In this document: positions 28,137-32,376 of the stretch, in pieces
Numbering within the stretch: the stretch's first letter is position 1
How the letters are laid out: every line of letters begins with the position of its first letter
Source: Anaerolineae bacterium
Lineage (GTDB): Bacteria > Chloroflexota > Anaerolineae > Aggregatilineales > UBA3940
Assembly: GCA_016926985.1 (NCBI GenBank)
Contig: JAFGNO010000131.1
Span: forward strand, 1 to 32,376
Direction of reading: 5' to 3'
Length of the DNA stretch: 32,376 nt
The notes under the pieces: generated by a model
The model's input: the letters and a program-made list of their open reading frames with translations, nothing else
Databases searched by the model: none
What the model was told of the DNA's origin: nothing
Made by a program: the position numbers and the translations under genes

Positions 28137-29024
28137 CTATTTAAGCGCCTCTGCAATAGCGCGGATATGATCAGGGGTGCTCCCGCAGCAAGCGCCAATG
28201 ATGGTTGCACCCAGGTTCCGCACCCGCACCGCATAGCGCCCCATATCTGAGGGGGCTGCATCATACACTGGCACGCCAGCTTCCAGGTGGGGCACACCTG
28301 CATTTGCCTTGGCGATCAGGACAGCGTTCTTGCCAAGTGCATGCATTTTGCTGACCACAGTCTCAATTTCCTCAATACCGTTCCCGCAGTTGCCACCCAG
28401 CGCCACGACATCGAACCCTATGAGGACTTCAAAGGCTCTCTCAGGTGTCACCCCAAACATTGTCCGCCCATTTGTATCAAAGGTCATGGTTGTGACCAGG
28501 GGCAGTTGGGGTGCTGCACGCCGGGCGCCCTCTACCGCAGCACGCACCTCCTCAAGATCGGACATCGTCTCAATCCAAAGGATATCAACGCCGCCTTCTG
28601 CCAGTGCGCCCGCCTGCTCCGCAAATGCAGAGACCGCATCGTCAAACTCCATGTCTCCATATGGCTTCAAAAGACTGCCGGTTGGGCCCATATCCCCCGC
28701 CACAATCACCGGTTGAGGAGCCTCATCAGCTTCGGTCCTGGCCAGGCTGGCCGCCGCCTGATTAAACTCAATGGCTCTATCAGACAACTTGTGCAGCTTG
28801 AGACGATATCTGTTACATCCAAACGTGTTGGTCAGGATAATCTGTGCGCCGGCTTCAATATAAGCCCGGTGAACATTGCGTATCCTGTCTGGATGCTCAA
28901 CATTCCACAATTCCGGCGAGTCTCCCTGAGTCAGGCCCAGCTCAAACAGGATGGTGCCCATCGCGCCATCGGCAATCACCGGTTTGCCGGAAGATATAAG
29001 GTCCTGGAATGTGGTTTTCATCAA
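28137..29024 (-). CDS. Stand-alone homocysteine S-methyltransferase (MetH Hcy domain / Bmt-like)
   Basis: ADGAMGT, TNTFG, GDMGPTG, IETMSD, Zn ligands GNC and GACCGS. Confidence 0.92.
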   Translation of the reverse strand: MMKTTFQDLISSGKPVIADGAMGTILFELGLTQGDSPELWNVEHPDRIRNVHRAYIEAGAQIILTNTFGCNRYRLKLHKLSDRAIEFNQAAASLARTEADEAPQPVIVAGDMGPTGSLLKPYGDMEFDDAVSAFAEQAGALAEGGVDILWIETMSDLEEVRAAVEGARRAAPQLPLVTTMTFDTNGRTMFGVTPERAFEVLIGFDVVALGGNCGNGIEEIETVVSKMHALGKNAVLIAKANAGVPHLEAGVPVYDAAPSDMGRYAVRVRNLGATIIGACCGSTPDHIRAIAEALK

Positions 29025-29081
29025 TTACCTTTCATAAGCAATCAGCGTTTGCAATGAATGGGAGGATTTTACCATACTCCC

Positions 29082-31112
29082 CTACCCTGTTCTACGCGAC
29101 CGCGATGATCTGTCTTTTCGCCTGTCACCAGGACTATTTCGAGGCGGCAGAATCCCCGCAAGATGAGGAAATTTGTCTTCAGCATGTGGCAGGGCCATGG
29201 CAGCAACAAAGAATTCCTGGAAATGTGGAGCAATGGCGGTCTCAACATATTCAACACTGCGAGCTGCCTCCTGCGCTTCCTTCCGGCTCTCAGCGTTGAG
29301 AAGCGCGATCCGCGCCCCATCCCCGGCAGAATTGCCAACTGCTGTTACGTTTATGAGATCGCAATCTGGTATCAGCCCAATGACCATGGCATAGGTTGGA
29401 TCAATATAACTGCCAAAAGCGCCCGCCAGTTTGATCCGGTCGACCCTGTCTGTCCCAAACCTTTCCATAAGCAGCCGAATCCCTGCATAGAGCGCACCTT
29501 TTGCAAGCTGTATCTGACGTATATCATTTTGAGTAACGACGATATCATGACCGGTGGATGTTTGCTCGCTGTCAGCAATCACTACCTCATAGGTGCGACC
29601 ATTCGGCTGCAGCCTGACCGCAGGGTGCAGACTTTCAGCATCCTTTACAAATCGACCGCTACGATCAATTAGCCTATGAATGAATAACTCCCCCACCACT
29701 TCGATAATGCCCGATCCACAAATCCCGGTTGGCTTGAGCGACTGGTCCGCATCGATCTCGCCGCTCCAGCGCTGATCTCCCACGACCTTATAGTGCATCT
29801 GGCCTTGACCAGTATCGATCCGAAACCGCTCAATTGCCCCCGGTGTGGCTCGCTGACCGTGGGTAATCTGCGCGCCTTCAAAGGCCGGCCCTGTCGGGCT
29901 TGAGGCTGACAGCATCCGCGTGCGGTTCCCAAGCAGAATCTCAGCATTTGTGCCGATATCTACAACAAGTGTGATCTGGTCATCAAGCTGGGGCTGTTCA
30001 GCCAGAAGTACTGCTGCATTATCTGCTCCAACATGCCCAGCAATGCATGGCAAAATGTGCGCATACGCGCCTTTGCTGACAGAGGTCAAACCCAGATCAC
30101 GGGCTTTGATATCAACCGGATCGCTGACTGCCAGCGCAAATGGCGCCCCACCCAATTCAACGGGGTCAATACCCAGCAAGATATGATGCATGACGGTGTT
30201 ACCAACCAGCACAACATCGACAATATCATCCTGATGTAAATCGACACTTGCTGCGGCTTCAACCGCCAGGTCGTTTACTGCCTTCAACACAGCCCGGTGC
30301 ATCCGGGCAAGTCCCTCTGGCTCAGTGATACCATACGACACGCGGCTCATCAGGTCCTCACCATATCGGACCTGCGGGTTCATCATTGACCGGGTAGCCA
30401 GTACCTGGCCTGTCAGCAGATCAACCAGATGCCCGGCAAGAGTTGTCGATCCAACGTCAACGGCAAACCCGGCCATCCTTTCAACATACCCCGGCTCAAT
30501 ACGGATTACCTCAGCATTGTTCCAGAGCGTCAGGGTTATTGCCCAATTGCCCTGGCGCAAAGCCGATTGGAGTCGTGGAAACAATACCGGATCGAGTTGA
30601 ATATCGCTGGCATGCCATTGATTGGAAACGGCGCGTTGCACTCGCTCCCAATCAGCAGTGCCTTCTAAAATCGCCGGTTCAACGGTGATATACATAAGCC
30701 TGACAGCGGGATTGACCGCTATTTGCAGGTCGCTGGCCTCTTTGCGAATAACCTGCTTGCGTGCGAGGCTGCTTTCCGGCACAAAAATAAGCGCGTCACC
30801 CTTGAGCCTGGCAGAACATGATAGGCGATATTTGCTGAGGTCAAGCCCGTGTTCTTCTGCATAGGCTTGTTCCTCCGCTTCTGGTGGGGTGAGGTGCGAG
30901 TTTTTTGACTCGATACCGTGCTTTTGAAAAATACCAGTCTCGTGAGCGATCAGACACTTTCCGCAGGTCTGCCGCCCACCACAGATTGACTCGATGCCCA
31001 CTCCAAGCTGCCGGGCGGCATCAAGCACAGTCTGTCCACATTCAACCTTACCCTGCCTTCCTGAAGGCATAAGGATCAGCCTACACAGGATAGTGCTATC
31101 TTGATGGCTCAT
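29082..31112 (-). CDS. ATP-dependent reductive activator of corrinoid proteins (RACo/RamA-type ASKHA ATPase with an N-terminal [2Fe-2S] domain)
   Basis: ICGGRQTCGKC..RLSC; DVGSTT, NPQVRYGEDLMSR, GNTVMHH, DIGTNAE, GPAFEG, GICGSG, AGAFG. Likely start is the ATG at 31112. Confidence 0.92.
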   Translation of the reverse strand: MSHQDSTILCRLILMPSGRQGKVECGQTVLDAARQLGVGIESICGGRQTCGKCLIAHETGIFQKHGIESKNSHLTPPEAEEQAYAEEHGLDLSKYRLSCSARLKGDALIFVPESSLARKQVIRKEASDLQIAVNPAVRLMYITVEPAILEGTADWERVQRAVSNQWHASDIQLDPVLFPRLQSALRQGNWAITLTLWNNAEVIRIEPGYVERMAGFAVDVGSTTLAGHLVDLLTGQVLATRSMMNPQVRYGEDLMSRVSYGITEPEGLARMHRAVLKAVNDLAVEAAASVDLHQDDIVDVVLVGNTVMHHILLGIDPVELGGAPFALAVSDPVDIKARDLGLTSVSKGAYAHILPCIAGHVGADNAAVLLAEQPQLDDQITLVVDIGTNAEILLGNRTRMLSASSPTGPAFEGAQITHGQRATPGAIERFRIDTGQGQMHYKVVGDQRWSGEIDADQSLKPTGICGSGIIEVVGELFIHRLIDRSGRFVKDAESLHPAVRLQPNGRTYEVVIADSEQTSTGHDIVVTQNDIRQIQLAKGALYAGIRLLMERFGTDRVDRIKLAGAFGSYIDPTYAMVIGLIPDCDLINVTAVGNSAGDGARIALLNAESRKEAQEAARSVEYVETAIAPHFQEFFVAAMALPHAEDKFPHLAGILPPRNSPGDRRKDRSSRSRRTG

Positions 31113-31190
31113 CTTCCTCGCTCGCATCAGTCAGACAACAGTCAATTGCCTGATAAGTGTACCAGCACACAGATCGGCATTCAACGAGAG

Positions 31191-32102
31191 TTAAGGGGAG
31201 ACAAGTGGGGGCAATCGATACATCCTGTAGCGCAGTCGCCTCAGGGGCTTGTTGGCTCGTTTGAGCAGGATTTGAAGATCGTGGAGGTGCTGTCGGGCAG
31301 CACACTCACCAACTGAAACCAGATCTATCGCATGCTTCAGGTCGAGAAGCCCAACCTGCTGCGTCCCCGCTCGTATCAAAACATCTGGCGGGTAGACATT
31401 CATTTCGTACGCTGTAAGCATTTGTTGGCTCAGCATAGTTGAATACAGCAGCGTGTTAAATACTTCCTCCCGGCGAGACAAATTCAGGAGCCAATATAGC
31501 GCACGCTGTAGCTGTTTATTGAAACTGGCAATATCATTCATCACCAACTTGACATCCAGGTCGTTGCCAAGATCCACAGCAACCAGGTATTTTGCACCTA
31601 ACTGGTAGGCTGCCTGTGTCGGCACATTGCTGACAACGCCACCATCTACCAGCTTGCGATGACTCCATGTTACAGAAGGGAATATACCGGGCAGAGCTGT
31701 TGTAGCCAGCAGCGCATCCACTACTGGCCCTCGCTCAATGAGTATCCGATCACCACTGACAATGTCAGCGGCCACCACCGCAATCTTAGGTGATAAATCC
31801 CTCAAATCAATGTCTGCAAAATGCGCGGCAAGTATTTCCTTCAGCGGCCCGACAGATAACAAACCCCGACCCGTTCTGTCAATCTTTATCAGTTCATCAA
31901 AATCAACGGCAGCAAGCAATTCAGTCATGTGCTGGGGAAGCCAACCCATGCCAACCATGGTCGCCACAATCCCACCAATACTCGTACCCACAACAATATC
32001 AGGCTTATAACCAATCTCTTCCAGGACCCTCAAAACGCCAATGTGAGCGCCTCCTCGAGCTCCCCCACCGCCAAGCGCCAATCCGATTTTTGGTAAAAAC
32101 AC
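31191..32102 (-). CDS. Patatin-like phospholipase (RssA-like)
   Basis: GGGGARG oxyanion motif, GTSIG catalytic Ser, DGG catalytic Asp; AAAGGAG RBS before the GTG. Confidence 0.92.
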   Translation of the reverse strand: MFLPKIGLALGGGGARGGAHIGVLRVLEEIGYKPDIVVGTSIGGIVATMVGMGWLPQHMTELLAAVDFDELIKIDRTGRGLLSVGPLKEILAAHFADIDLRDLSPKIAVVAADIVSGDRILIERGPVVDALLATTALPGIFPSVTWSHRKLVDGGVVSNVPTQAAYQLGAKYLVAVDLGNDLDVKLVMNDIASFNKQLQRALYWLLNLSRREEVFNTLLYSTMLSQQMLTAYEMNVYPPDVLIRAGTQQVGLLDLKHAIDLVSVGECAARQHLHDLQILLKRANKPLRRLRYRMYRLPPLVSP

Positions 32103-32211
32103 AGGGTCTCCTTTTAGTTTGGCTTCCAGAATGCGTCTATCAAGTACTGTCCTTGTAATTCAGTGGATTGGCAAATCACGTTTACGGCTTGCGCCAGCAA
32201 AATCCCCAACA

Positions 32212-32345
32212 GAATCAAAAAGCCTGCTGGCAAGATGGCGTGTCAGTGGCTGCGCCACTGCCCTGGCAGAAACGCTGCGCCTTTCTGCACGTCTGGGATG
32301 ACTGTCCTGTCTGTCAGGTGGGGGGGAATCAAAAAGCCTGCTGGC
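32212..32345. repeat. 20-bp direct repeat GAATCAAAAAGCCTGCTGGC at 32212-32231 and 32326-32345, both continuing into (AA)GATGGC
   Basis: Read directly from the sequence; period 114 bp. Confidence 0.9.
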
Positions 32346-32376
32346 GATGGCCTAGGTTCCCACCGGGCTGCCCCGG
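32341..32376 (-). rRNA. rrf: 3' end of a probable 5S rRNA, truncated by the window edge
   Basis: Minus strand CCGGG-GCAG-CCCGG-TGGGAACCTAGG-CCATCGCCAG resembles the 5S helix IV hairpin, loop E strand and 3' helix I strand, followed by a T tract; only 36 nt visible. Confidence 0.6.

Noticed and set aside
32212-32345. CRISPR array
   Set aside because: Only two 20-bp copies with a 94-bp spacer, no cas genes, and one copy overlaps the probable 5S 3' end
26574-32376. Genomic island integrated at ssrA
   Set aside because: No integrase, no repeat of the ssrA 3' end, and the downstream genes are ordinary metabolic genes of similar composition

Overview
Core/metabolic chromosomal region (roughly mid-50s % GC by eye) of an anaerobic bacterium, most plausibly Chloroflexota/Anaerolineae; that is an inference from protein styles and the large RpoB insertion, not a database result. 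No mobile element or CRISPR array is visible. Contents: (1) a ~12.5 kb minus-strand operon, hdrA(tandem)-mvhD(Cys)-hdrL(HdrA with an embedded GltD-like NAD(P)H module)-mvhD(Sec)-metV-metF-hdrCB(fused)-Cys-motif ORF. It has a near-consensus sigma70 promoter next to a Rex-like box. The second mvhD, which the ORF track splits in two, is one selenoprotein gene with an in-frame UGA and a SECIS-like hairpin. (2) An operon for a 16-heme cytochrome (octaheme tetrathionate reductase-family domain fused to a second 8-heme domain and a C-terminal anchor) plus NrfC- and NrfD-type subunits. (3) A stand-alone rpoB with its own promoter, structured leader and terminator, without rplL or rpoC. (4) A double zinc-ribbon protein, FabH, and an ECF sigma factor with a candidate anti-sigma. 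(5) tmRNA. (6) A split cobalamin-dependent methyltransferase cluster: RACo activator, homocysteine methyltransferase, DUF1638 protein and pterin-binding MeTr. (7) A patatin, and the 3' end of a probable 5S rRNA at the window edge whose terminal sequence is duplicated 114 bp away.
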